64,000 bases of DNA from an uncultured Prevotellaceae bacterium (GCA_902774925.1 CACYKE010000003.1:26281-90280), one strand, 5' to 3'; shown: positions 30,301 through 38,666, counted from the first letter of the stretch. Program-made: numbers and translations. Notes: generated by a model from the letters alone, not told the origin.

Positions 30301-30399
30301 CTCCTCACGATTTCTAAGAATCGTAAGATCATGGAGACAAGCATTGGCTATGCCCCACAGACTCGTTTCTATAACCTCGGTGTTAAAGTAACTCTCTAA
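27394..30399 (+). CDS. second SusC-like TonB-dependent transporter (xusC position)
   Basis: ATG 27394 (MKHMKTNIFLL...); plug motif ITFLKGAQAVVLYGSKGAKGAILITTKRG. No CarboxypepD_reg-like N-terminal domain was recognised. Confidence 0.85.
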   Translation: MKHMKTNIFLLAMMAVSPLTAGAQTADDADSTVVKKKVHVAFRDVDPDHLLGGVSYVDMEELSKKDYTQSSLEDMYGLVGGWNGNNLWGMDNDRLDNNDNDNMPLVIIDGVKRPSNNVLPSEIEQITFLKGAQAVVLYGSKGAKGAILITTKRGKVDGLQIDANANTGWHFAKVFPEYLGSAEYMTLFNEATYNDALGQGNAANVKLPYSQQDIYNHAAGVNPYRYPNVNYYSDEYIRKAYNRSEGTLEIQGGGKRAHFYTNINYYRAEDLINFGKAKDNYTDRFSVRGNVDLVVNKFITGWANVSATYYNEYKNKGNFWSDASSMRPNFPQGAAPLIPLTMVDPNASKALATLGKSLNLLDGMWFPGGGTDGAQSNAIADCYFGGETQKVSRQFQFDAGINYDMNKFLKGLTFKTLFSIDYAANYDLAYNNTYSLFFPTWSNYNTGDAIVDIKQPKDEVVTGTMTMSNSAYRQTITWNGHFDYDNTFAEKHHVTGMLLASMYTTTKSGEYHRYANANLGLQGGYDFMSRYFAEVGLAAVHSARLPEGNRGAISYSFTLGWNIAKESFMKDTFVDDLMLSASYSNLNDDADVYYGSKYFYIYDAAWSDGGTGYTWADGANSHNSTYSTVGSNPSLDYIHRKELSVSLRGSFFNKLISTELTYFNTDMDGYIIQNPTSYPSHLKNGLNSGKFSPALNNNIANRKGLDFSIKAQKQFGQVHAELGFVGTYLKTEWKKYDEVADSKSPWLNSSKQLMHEGTPLDVIQGYNCLGVYTIDDFDVKTDDNGKTTYELKELVKGVQKPYGLGGTPMPGDLKYEDVNGDGKINNQDQVELGKWGTYGAPWTIGLNLTLKYKNWTLFILGNGQFGASALSNGAYYYMSGTNKYSVNVRDHYQYTYDDAGIITGFVNPNATHPRLSVNNTPANGATSTYWLYSTDRFNLRKVQVTYDFPKEWFEGKWVKALSVYLNGNDLLTISKNRKIMETSIGYAPQTRFYNLGVKVTL

Positions 30400-30432
30400 T
30401 TGACAATTGATAATTGAGAATTGAAAATTATG
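30398..30432. repeat. heptad tandem repeat AATTGAN x5 (35 bp) filling the whole spacer from the susC-2 stop to the susD-2 ATG
   Basis: aattgac aattgat aattgag aattgaa aattatg. Stop TAA at 30397-30399, ATG at 30430-30432. Confidence 0.9.
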
Positions 30433-32235
30433 AAGACAAAAAATATTATATTCTATCTCATCGGTCTTCTTTTGTTCAGCTCCTGCGATGACATGTTTGA
30501 GCCGGCAAAGGAAAATACCCGACAGTTGGAGGCGATGGTCCAGGAGACGGACTATGTGTATGGCCTGCTGATTTATGGCTATAACCGTCTGCCTTATTTA
30601 AGGGTCACCACGACCGACGTAGCTACCGACGATGCTGTCACCAACAATTCTGGTGATAATTATAAGAAAATGGCTCTCGGTACATGGACATCAGACAATG
30701 ACCCTATGACACAGTGGAATGCCTGCAAGGACGGTATCCAGTATGTCAATCTTTTCCTGAAGTATGTCAATGACGTGAATTGGGCTAAGAGTGCTGAATC
30801 CAAGCAGCAGATGTTCATTGACCGTCTGACTGGTGAGGCCCTCGGTCTCCGCGCTATCTTCTACTATCATCTGCTGCTGGCTCATGCCGGTTATGCTGAC
30901 GATGAAAAGCTCTATGGCGTTCCCCTGCTGACAGAGTCGGAAGACGGTAGCTCTAACTACAATCAGCCGCGTGCCGAATTCTCAAAAGTCGTGGAGCAGA
31001 TTTTCAAAGATTGCGATCAGGCTGATACCCTGCTTCCCGCTCAGTATAAGGATCTTGACGACGAGAGCTTGATTCCTAAGAAATATTTGGCTCTTGGTGC
31101 ACAGCTGTCAGGTTATAACCTCGTATTTGGCGCTAAGATGGCCAAGAACCTGATTTGTGGTAAGGTCGTTCAGGCTATCAAGGCACAAACAGCCTTGTTG
31201 GCAGCAAGTCCTGCCTACCGTGACCAGAGTGGTGTATCCTCTGAAACAGCTGCCAAAATTTGTGCTGCTGTACTGAAGGACGTGGAGTTCGATCCGGAAG
31301 GTAACATCTGGTATCGTAATGTCACCCAACTGTCATCCAGTACAAGTGTCATGCCGGAAATTCTTTGGCGTGCTGAGTGGGAAAAAGCGAATTCTGAACA
31401 GGAAAGTGACAACTTCCCTCCCTCGCAGAATGGTGGTGGTAAAATCAATCCCACACAGAATCTCGTGGATGCATTCCCCATGGCTAACGGATACCCCATC
31501 ACTGATTCGAGATCGAATTACGATCCCAAGAATCCTTACGCCAACCGTGACCCGCGTCTGGATGAGGATATTATTTATGATGGTTCCGTATTCAAAGGCA
31601 CCGTGATTATTACTGGCACATACGGACCGGCTGATAATAAGGACAATATCAACAATTCCGGTTCCCAGCATACGCTTACAGGCTATTACATGAAGAAGTT
31701 GCTTCGTGATGATGCCGGTCCATCGGCAAAGTCAACGACACCGGCAAATCAGCCGCACATCTTCCCACGTATCCGTTATACAGAGATGTTCTTGGCATAC
31801 GCCGAGGCCGCCAATGACGCTGGTGGCGCAAACTATAAAGTTCCTGGTTTCAACCTTTCTGCTTACGATGTCATCAAGATGATCCGTCAGCGTGGTGGTA
31901 TCGGAAAGGATGAGAAGGGAGAATATGTTGGCGACCCCTATCTGGATGAGTGCGCAAGCGATAATACAGGTGCTAAGATGCGTGACCTGATTCGTAACGA
32001 GCGTCGTATTGAGCTCTGCTTTGAGAACAAGCGTTTCTATGATCTCCGTCGCTGGTTGTTGCCCATCAATGTCAGTGCGAAGGGCGTGCAGGTTGATCAG
32101 AATGACGATGAGACCCTGAGATATACTATCCTTGACGTGGAGCCTCGTCAGTACGAGTCTTACCAGTACTATGGTCCCATTCCTAACAGTGAAGTGCTCC
32201 AGTGGAGTGCACTGCAACAGAACAAGGGATGGTAA
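30430..32235 (+). CDS. second SusD-like lipoprotein (xusD position)
   Basis: ATG 30430 (MKTKNIIF...); lipobox FSSCDD; C-terminus ...LQQNKGW. Confidence 0.85.
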   Translation: MKTKNIIFYLIGLLLFSSCDDMFEPAKENTRQLEAMVQETDYVYGLLIYGYNRLPYLRVTTTDVATDDAVTNNSGDNYKKMALGTWTSDNDPMTQWNACKDGIQYVNLFLKYVNDVNWAKSAESKQQMFIDRLTGEALGLRAIFYYHLLLAHAGYADDEKLYGVPLLTESEDGSSNYNQPRAEFSKVVEQIFKDCDQADTLLPAQYKDLDDESLIPKKYLALGAQLSGYNLVFGAKMAKNLICGKVVQAIKAQTALLAASPAYRDQSGVSSETAAKICAAVLKDVEFDPEGNIWYRNVTQLSSSTSVMPEILWRAEWEKANSEQESDNFPPSQNGGGKINPTQNLVDAFPMANGYPITDSRSNYDPKNPYANRDPRLDEDIIYDGSVFKGTVIITGTYGPADNKDNINNSGSQHTLTGYYMKKLLRDDAGPSAKSTTPANQPHIFPRIRYTEMFLAYAEAANDAGGANYKVPGFNLSAYDVIKMIRQRGGIGKDEKGEYVGDPYLDECASDNTGAKMRDLIRNERRIELCFENKRFYDLRRWLLPINVSAKGVQVDQNDDETLRYTILDVEPRQYESYQYYGPIPNSEVLQWSALQQNKGW

Positions 32236-32240
32236 ATACT

Positions 32241-32275
32241 AGTTTAAAGTTTAAAGTTGAAAGTTTAAAGTTTTA
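32241..32275. repeat. heptad tandem repeat AGTTTAA x5 (35 bp) occupying the spacer between susD-2 and the next gene
   Basis: agtttaa agtttaa agttgaa agtttaa agtttta. Stop at 32233-32235, next ATG at 32278. Confidence 0.9.
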
Positions 32276-32277
32276 CA

Positions 32278-33453
32278 ATGATGAAACTGAAGAAATATAT
32301 ATACGGTGTAGCTTTGGGAGCCCTTTCTCTCACATTGGCAGCTTGCTATAATGCAGACAAGGACTTCCCAGACTATGAAGGTGGTACGAAGGCTTATTTT
32401 GCCTACCAGAACCCCATACGTACGCTTATACTTGGTACTGACATCTATGACAATGAACTTGACAATGCGCACAAGTGTCGTATTTGGTCTACCATGGGTG
32501 GTGCTTATGGTGGACGTGACGCAGCGATAGATGTTATCATTGACGAGTCGCTTTGCGACAACCTCTACTTCCTGGATGATGGTGGATACGAGCGTGCCAA
32601 GGTGGCTCCTTTACCTCACGATTACTATAACTACGATGAGGTGAAAAACGCTGTTATCAGATACAATGGTAATCCTCGTGGCTATTTGGAAATCCAGTTT
32701 ACGGATAAATTCTTCCAGGATCCCAAGACCACTTCTAACGACACCACCTATGTGATTCCCGTTAGAATGGTGAAAGCGACGGGCATTGATGCCATTCTTT
32801 CCGGTACGCCCAATACCTCTAACCCTGTCCGCCAGAACGCGAAGGACTGGACAGTGCTTCCCCAGGACTATGTGCTCTACTGCGTGAGATATATGAACCC
32901 CTGGCAGGGTAAGTACATCCGCCGTGGTGTTGATATGGTGACAGAAAATGGTGGCGAGCCAACAAAGGTCGTTCGTAAGGATTTCAGCATGTACAATTCT
33001 GACATCGAGCGTTACAGCAAGATGGATCCCTCGAATCCTGTGAACCAGTATGACGAGGTTTGCGGTATTACTACCAAGAACATGACCCAGGCCATTTTCC
33101 CGGTATCGTTCAAAACCTCTGGAGCTTCTGTTAGTTGCAGACTCCTTCTGACCTTCAATGGTAACCAGTGCACCATCTCTACTGAAGATGAGGGTGTAAC
33201 AGTTACTGGTTCCGGCGAATACATCGTAGGTGGAACTGATATGTCTGAATATAAGGACTATCAGTGGGGAAGCATGAATGAAAAGCCTGTTTCTCGTGAC
33301 ATTCTCCGTTTGAGTTACAATGTCAACTTTGAAGATAAGAATATTCAGGTGGCAACAACTGACACCATGGTTGTTCAGACGCGTGAGTCGAACAAGAGAG
33401 AGTGGTTCGATTACAAGTACAATGACCAACCTGTTGTTCTTCCAGGTAATTAA
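32278..33453 (+). CDS. PUL surface lipoprotein (xusE position; DUF1735/DUF5627-like, unverified)
   Basis: 391 aa; lipobox LAACYN; position conserved after the second SusD. Confidence 0.6.
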   Translation: MMKLKKYIYGVALGALSLTLAACYNADKDFPDYEGGTKAYFAYQNPIRTLILGTDIYDNELDNAHKCRIWSTMGGAYGGRDAAIDVIIDESLCDNLYFLDDGGYERAKVAPLPHDYYNYDEVKNAVIRYNGNPRGYLEIQFTDKFFQDPKTTSNDTTYVIPVRMVKATGIDAILSGTPNTSNPVRQNAKDWTVLPQDYVLYCVRYMNPWQGKYIRRGVDMVTENGGEPTKVVRKDFSMYNSDIERYSKMDPSNPVNQYDEVCGITTKNMTQAIFPVSFKTSGASVSCRLLLTFNGNQCTISTEDEGVTVTGSGEYIVGGTDMSEYKDYQWGSMNEKPVSRDILRLSYNVNFEDKNIQVATTDTMVVQTRESNKREWFDYKYNDQPVVLPGN

Positions 33454-33471
33454 TAATAGGAGGATTGGAAT

Positions 33472-35205
33472 ATGAAAAAAATTGTAAATGAGCTTTTAGC
33501 TTTTAGCTGTTTGCTGTTGGCCGCTTCGTGTGCTGACTATAACGATTTGGGTGGCTTTAAAGCAGAACCGGATCCCAGCTACACAGATGAGTATGCTGAG
33601 CTGAATCCTGTCAAGGACTATATTGACAGAACGGCCAATCCGAATATGTCAATGGAGACATCCATGGCCCTGACAACCTATAACAAGCAGGCCTTGGAGC
33701 ATTCAGTGGCAGTGACCAACTTTGATGGTGTTGCTTTTGGCTATACCTTTATGCCGGACAAGTACGTCAGTAAGAAGGGTTATATGAACTTCATGGCTTT
33801 GAAGGAAGCCCTTGGTCACTCGGAAACGATTGGCTATAAGGTGTACGGTAGTCCTATCGTCGCTAACGAGCAACAGTCTGATGTATGGTTTGAATCGCTG
33901 ACAGCTCCTATTGAAGTCTCGGTGCTTCCCATCAATGATGTGGATTTGGACTACTCTACGGTAGATGAATTTACAGGTACGGCGCTGAAAGGTAAACCTG
34001 CCATCGAAAAGAATTTCGATGACAAAGGTAATGCCCTTATGATTCCGAGGAGATCACAGGTTTATATCGTTGAAGGCTTCCCTTCCGATCCTCTTGGCTA
34101 TTATACCGTGACTTTCACCGTGAGGGGTTACAAAGACAACAAGAAGACGGAAATGGCTCAGGAAGAGAACATTCAATGTACTTTTACCGACAGTCTGGTG
34201 AATACCGGTAAGGATAAGAATGGTAATCTTGTTGCCAAGAAGTTCACCATCAGACCTGGTGCCTGGCAGACTGTCAAGGTGGAGTGGTCTCCGTCAAAGG
34301 CTGCCACACAGGGTTACTTGATGATTGAGGGTAACTTGAATGCAGTTCTCTATATCCGTAATGTGCATGTTGAGCACACACCGGACAACCACCGTGAGCA
34401 GACCAAGCAGGAGAAGAACGACACCATTCAGTATGCACTCAGAAAGTGGTGTGATGGTCTGATGGAGGCCAATGCCGGACGTATCAAGTCGTTCGACCTT
34501 GTTGACAAGGCGCTTGGCACAACGGAACTCGAGGGTGTTACTTTCGAGGGTGAGAATGTGCTCGACCTGAAGCACTCTGATGAAAAGATCTTCTGGCAGG
34601 ACTATCTGGAGGAAGGCACCAAGAGTGGCAGTGAGCTCTATGCTGCTACCGTATCAAAGGTGGCAAAGTCTGCCTTCGAGAAGCATGGTGGTAACTCGGA
34701 AGAGTTGAAGTTCTTTATCAGTGAGACAGGCTTGGAGAAGCAGCAGAGACTGTCGAGCCTCAAGTATTGGATCAATGTATGGGAGTCAAATGGTGCCAAG
34801 ATTGATGGTATCAACGGCGAGCTGAATCTCACCTATAGCGAGGATGCTACCACGCAGGCTGCTAATGAGGCTGCGTTGAAGGTCTACTTCGAAAAACTTG
34901 CTCAAACAGGAAAACTCATTCGTCTCTCTAACTTCGACATCAAGTATCAGGATGCTGACGGTGCTCCAGTAGCAGCAGATAAGATTTCGAAGGACCAGCG
35001 TCAGGCTCTGGCCGACTACTATGCCCGTGTCATCAGGGCCTATATGACCCTGGTTCCTGCTGCACAGCAGGCAGGCCTCTGCAAAGGAAACTTCTTTGAT
35101 ACGTCGTCCGATCCTGTGGGCCTTTGGTCTAAGGCTGCTAACGGCGACTATATGCGTAATGCCACTTACGAGGCTTTCTGCAAAGCGCTCACGGGACTAC
35201 AATAA
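33472..35205 (+). CDS. GH10-like lipoprotein with an inserted CBM-like module and both catalytic glutamates substituted (probable non-catalytic xylan-binding protein)
   Basis: 577 aa; lipobox LAASC. GH10 layout is recognisable, but WDVVNE is FDLVDK (Lys codon 34507-34509) and (I/T)SELDI is LSNFDI (Asn codon 34930-34932). GH.L.WH.QQ is degraded to GSPIVANEQQ. Confidence 0.65.
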   Translation: MKKIVNELLAFSCLLLAASCADYNDLGGFKAEPDPSYTDEYAELNPVKDYIDRTANPNMSMETSMALTTYNKQALEHSVAVTNFDGVAFGYTFMPDKYVSKKGYMNFMALKEALGHSETIGYKVYGSPIVANEQQSDVWFESLTAPIEVSVLPINDVDLDYSTVDEFTGTALKGKPAIEKNFDDKGNALMIPRRSQVYIVEGFPSDPLGYYTVTFTVRGYKDNKKTEMAQEENIQCTFTDSLVNTGKDKNGNLVAKKFTIRPGAWQTVKVEWSPSKAATQGYLMIEGNLNAVLYIRNVHVEHTPDNHREQTKQEKNDTIQYALRKWCDGLMEANAGRIKSFDLVDKALGTTELEGVTFEGENVLDLKHSDEKIFWQDYLEEGTKSGSELYAATVSKVAKSAFEKHGGNSEELKFFISETGLEKQQRLSSLKYWINVWESNGAKIDGINGELNLTYSEDATTQAANEAALKVYFEKLAQTGKLIRLSNFDIKYQDADGAPVAADKISKDQRQALADYYARVIRAYMTLVPAAQQAGLCKGNFFDTSSDPVGLWSKAANGDYMRNATYEAFCKALTGLQ

Positions 35206-35213
35206 ACGATCTC

Positions 35214-35265
35214 AGATGATTGCCAGTGAACAAAAGGATTCGTCTGATTTTCCTGGCAATCATCT
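35214..35265 (+). other. 13-bp perfect inverted repeat with a 26-nt loop in the intergenic spacer
   Basis: agatgattgccag (35214-35226) pairs with ctggcaatcatct (35253-35265). No U-tract follows. Confidence 0.8.
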
Positions 35266-35332
35266 CTCTCTAAAGTATATCAATTATTATTTTTTTTTAA
35301 TTCATTTATTTATTAACTAATTTTTTTCTATT

Positions 35333-37573
35333 ATGAAGAAACTATTTACTCTCGTTGCTCTCTTGGCATGTTTCCTGGGAGCAAAGGCTGAGTGGCAGGA
35401 AGTCTACAAGATTGACTACTCCACTTATCAGGGTTTCCCCTTCTATGTGATGGGTTATGTGCCAGAGTTTGACAATGGTTGCATGACCGACTTTGGTTCT
35501 AATTTCAGGTATGAAACACAAGCAAACCTTGACGGTGATGGTGACGGCAAATGGAAAGACGGAGAGTCTTCTGTTGGTACAGTTAAGACCTCGGGTGGAA
35601 CTGAGTATCAGAAGGTAACAGGTGCAGGCCCATATTGGCACCAGTATTTCATTGCTGATGGTATCCAGACCAAGCTTGATGGTAAGTATAAAGTTATTGC
35701 ACGCGTAAAGGCTTCAGCAGCTTGCAGCATCGGCGTCAACATGGGTTGGGGCTGGGGTAACGGCGAGCAGGCCGGTGCTACAGTAGCCATCCCTGACGGC
35801 GGTGACTTCCAGGAGGTAACATGGGAGTACAGTGGCATCAATGGTCAGAGCTGTAACCTCGTTGCACAGCCTGGTACTTGCGCTGAAACCATCGAATGGC
35901 TGGACCTTGTTGTGTATGAATGGGTGAAACCCGGTCAGAGACCTAAGGAGTGGCTCGAGGACCTCGAGAACGGTAATGCTGAGACTCCCTGGACTGATGC
36001 GCAGAAGGCTATCAAGTTCGACGATATGGACAACAACTTCACCATTTGTGCTTGGTCAAAGGAGAAGGGTCATAACATGAATGCAAATGATGGTTGGGAT
36101 CCATTCGTTTCTCCTATTGTAGTTGACCCAAAGGATGAAAACAACCACGTATTTATGGTTGATGGTCAGTTAGCTGATTCGAAAGATGATGAGGGCAATG
36201 ATGCTCCTTCAGCATGGGACAACCAGTTCTGGATTCAGTCAAAGCATGCTTGGCCATCAGGTACAACACTGAAGATTAAGTTCCGCTACATGTCTGATCA
36301 TGCCAGTGTAAAAACGAACACTCAGGTTCACCATCAGACTCCTTCTGACTACCTGGTTTGGCACGCTATCGGTGACATTACTTTCACAGACGAATGGCAG
36401 ACCTTTGATGGTACAATGTCTATCGCTGATGATATGGCAGGTGGTTGGTCAATCGCCTTCAACCTGAATGCAGAAGTTAAGGAGCCTGTTAAATTCTACT
36501 TCGATGACCTCTCTTGGCAGTATCTGAAACTTGACGAGGGTTACTTTATCTCTGGTATTAACACCAATACCACCGACTCATACGATGATTTGGACAACGC
36601 TATTCCGTTTGAAGATGGTGAATTGGGCTTGGAAGCTACTTTTGGTACCAAGGGTGATGCAAATACTTATGTTAATCAGGTGATGATTTCTACTAAGCGT
36701 GGTGATGATCAGGCCTTCAAGGGCGCTACATTGAAACCCGGTGAAAAGGTTGATCTTGATCCTGAACATTGGATTGACTATACTGCATCTTCTAATTGTA
36801 AGATTGATCTCCCAGGTCTTGGTGTTTGGAAGGTTATCATTGACGAGTCATACAACGCTATGGCATTCGAGATGCTCGAAGGTACTCCTGATGAGCCGGC
36901 TGAGCCTATTGACATCATTACCAACGCAACAGAGGTTACTGTAAAGGGTCTGGAGCGTGAGTACACTGAAGCTGAGGCTGAAGCTGCTGGCATCGAAAAA
37001 CCAGTTCCTGCTGGTCAGCCTTGGGACAACCAGTTCTTCCTGGTTGCTAACCGCACATTGAAGCCTGGTGAGGTAACTGTTGTTAAGTTCTCTTATAAGG
37101 CTAGCAAGGAAGCCAAGACGACTACACAGCTTCATGGTAATCCTGGTACTTACATCCACTGGGCTGCTATCGGTGATGTGAACTTCACTGAGGAGTGGCA
37201 GGACTTCGAAAATGAATACACTATTCCTAATGAGGCAGAAGGTAAGGATGCAAAGTCTATCGCATTCAACATGGCTGAAATCAAGGAGGCTTGCGACTAT
37301 CTGTTGAAGGACTTCCAGTGGTATATTAAGTGCGATGAAGATCCTACCAAGACTTATGAGAACCTGCTTGATGAAACCGGTTCTGCGAACCTCTACGTGA
37401 AGGAAGGTGCTGGTACTTCTCCTTATCAGTTCGGTACTGATCCTTCTGGTATCACCAACATTACTGCTAAGCAGAACTCTTCTGCTGCTATCTACAACAT
37501 CGCTGGTCAGAAGGTTGACAACAACTTCAAGGGCCTCGTTGTTAAGGACGGCAAGAAGTTCGTGAATAAGTGA
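35333..37573 (+). CDS. secreted non-catalytic protein with two internally repeated CBM-like domains and a T9SS C-terminal sorting-domain-like tail
   Basis: 746 aa. The internal duplication is SAWDNQFWIQSKHAWPSGTTLKIKFRY...GDITFTDEWQTF...SIAFNL versus QPWDNQFFLVANRTLKPGEVTVVKFSY...GDVNFTEEWQDF...SIAFNM. C-terminus SAAIYNIAGQKVDNNFKGLVVKDGKKFVNK. Confidence 0.7.
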   Translation: MKKLFTLVALLACFLGAKAEWQEVYKIDYSTYQGFPFYVMGYVPEFDNGCMTDFGSNFRYETQANLDGDGDGKWKDGESSVGTVKTSGGTEYQKVTGAGPYWHQYFIADGIQTKLDGKYKVIARVKASAACSIGVNMGWGWGNGEQAGATVAIPDGGDFQEVTWEYSGINGQSCNLVAQPGTCAETIEWLDLVVYEWVKPGQRPKEWLEDLENGNAETPWTDAQKAIKFDDMDNNFTICAWSKEKGHNMNANDGWDPFVSPIVVDPKDENNHVFMVDGQLADSKDDEGNDAPSAWDNQFWIQSKHAWPSGTTLKIKFRYMSDHASVKTNTQVHHQTPSDYLVWHAIGDITFTDEWQTFDGTMSIADDMAGGWSIAFNLNAEVKEPVKFYFDDLSWQYLKLDEGYFISGINTNTTDSYDDLDNAIPFEDGELGLEATFGTKGDANTYVNQVMISTKRGDDQAFKGATLKPGEKVDLDPEHWIDYTASSNCKIDLPGLGVWKVIIDESYNAMAFEMLEGTPDEPAEPIDIITNATEVTVKGLEREYTEAEAEAAGIEKPVPAGQPWDNQFFLVANRTLKPGEVTVVKFSYKASKEAKTTTQLHGNPGTYIHWAAIGDVNFTEEWQDFENEYTIPNEAEGKDAKSIAFNMAEIKEACDYLLKDFQWYIKCDEDPTKTYENLLDETGSANLYVKEGAGTSPYQFGTDPSGITNITAKQNSSAAIYNIAGQKVDNNFKGLVVKDGKKFVNK

Positions 37574-37673
37574 GTGAAGTGAGAGCTCGCTCACACTTCC
37601 GAGCGTGAGCGGACTCGAGCTTTAGCTCAAGTTCGTGAATAAGTAAGATAAGTGAGAGTGAGTTCGCTCACAC
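37556..37673. repeat. direct duplication (about 41-45 bp copies at 37556-37596 and 37629-37673) of the gene 3' end plus hairpin
   Basis: aagttcgtgaataagtGAgtgaagtgagag..ctcgctcacac versus aagttcgtgaataagtAAgataagtgagagtgagttcgctcacac. Confidence 0.8.
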
Positions 37674-37699
37674 GCTTATATTGAACTTTACATGTGAAA

Positions 37700-37731
37700 G
37701 TCTCGGGCTCGAGAGAGTCCGAGACCTTTTT
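37700..37731 (+). terminator. intrinsic terminator
   Basis: Stem gtctcgg / ccgagac (7 bp), 12-nt loop, then cTTTTTc. The segment gtccgagacctttttctaa recurs at 37789-37808. Confidence 0.6.
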
Positions 37732-37812
37732 CTAAAGTCTCGCAGTAAAGCGAGAACTTTAGGAAAAGGTCCTGGGACGATTGAAAATAGTCCGAGACCT
37801 TTTTCTAAGATT

Positions 37813-38613
37813 ATGAAAAAGCTATTATTATCGCTTGCAGCTATGGCTACTATTTCAACAGCCTATGCCCAGAAGGCACTGGTGCTTTATTATTCAGAAA
37901 CGGGAACAACGAAGACCGTTGCTGAAGAGATACAGGCGCAGACGGGTGCCGACATTGAGGGAATTGAGGCCGAAGTGCCTTATTCCGGAAACTTCCAGGA
38001 GACCATTCAGCGTTCCGGTCGTGAACGTGAGAGTGGAGAGACTCCTGCTCTGAAACCGCTGAAAAAGCGTGTTGCCGACTATGACGTCATCTTCCTCGGC
38101 TATCCCATTTGGTTTGGCACCTACGCCCTGCCGATTGCTACGCTCGTGAAGGAACAGGACTTTGCCGGCAAGACCGTGGTGCCGTTCTGCACCTTCGGCA
38201 GTGGTGGACTGAACACCTCGTCGGCCGATTTGAAGAAGGCACTGCCTAAGGCCAACATCGCTGCAGGCTATGGCGTTCGTACAGCCCGCGTGGCTGCTGC
38301 TCCCAAGGAACTCGACCGTTTCCTGAAAGAGAACGGCTATAAGCAGGGTACAGTAGAAAAGCTGCCGGACTATTCAGCCCAGCAGCCTGTAACCGATGCC
38401 GAGCGTGCCATCTTTGATGCAGCATGCTCCAGCTACCAATTTCCGTTGGGTACTCCCCAGACCTTCGGCAAGCGTACGACAAGCGACAGTACGGACTATA
38501 AGTTCACTGTCAAAAGCCGCGGCATGAACGGCGAAGAATCTACTTCCATCATCTACGTTACCGTCGGTAAAGCAGCTGATGCTAAGCCCGAATTCACGGA
38601 AGTGGTACGATAA
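37813..38613 (+). CDS. flavodoxin-like protein with an N-terminal signal peptide and an extra C-terminal domain
   Basis: I use ATG 37813 (MKKLLLSLAAMATISTAYAQ); the ORF-track start TTG 37681 lies over terminator hairpins. ALVLYYSETGTTKTVAEEI... and DVIFLGYPIWFGT match flavodoxin-family motifs. Confidence 0.7.
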   Translation: MKKLLLSLAAMATISTAYAQKALVLYYSETGTTKTVAEEIQAQTGADIEGIEAEVPYSGNFQETIQRSGRERESGETPALKPLKKRVADYDVIFLGYPIWFGTYALPIATLVKEQDFAGKTVVPFCTFGSGGLNTSSADLKKALPKANIAAGYGVRTARVAAAPKELDRFLKENGYKQGTVEKLPDYSAQQPVTDAERAIFDAACSSYQFPLGTPQTFGKRTTSDSTDYKFTVKSRGMNGEESTSIIYVTVGKAADAKPEFTEVVR

Positions 38614-38634
38614 ACGTAACCACCTGGTTATAAT

Positions 38635-38661
38635 AAAAGGCTCCCACCGTGGGAGCCTTTT
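38635..38661. terminator. bidirectional intrinsic terminator
   Basis: aaaaggctccca ccg tgggagcctttt: 12-bp perfect stem flanked by A and T tracts, between convergent genes. Confidence 0.8.
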
Positions 38662-38666
38662 GTTTC

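Noticed and set aside
37681-37812. N-terminal extensions from non-ATG starts in the ORF track (37681, also 44907, 46469, 25271, 27385, 30421, 9981, 3460, 40508)
   Set aside because: The extensions run through terminator hairpins, promoter boxes, the riboswitch candidate or the upstream gene. Downstream ATGs give proper signal peptides or canonical N-termini.
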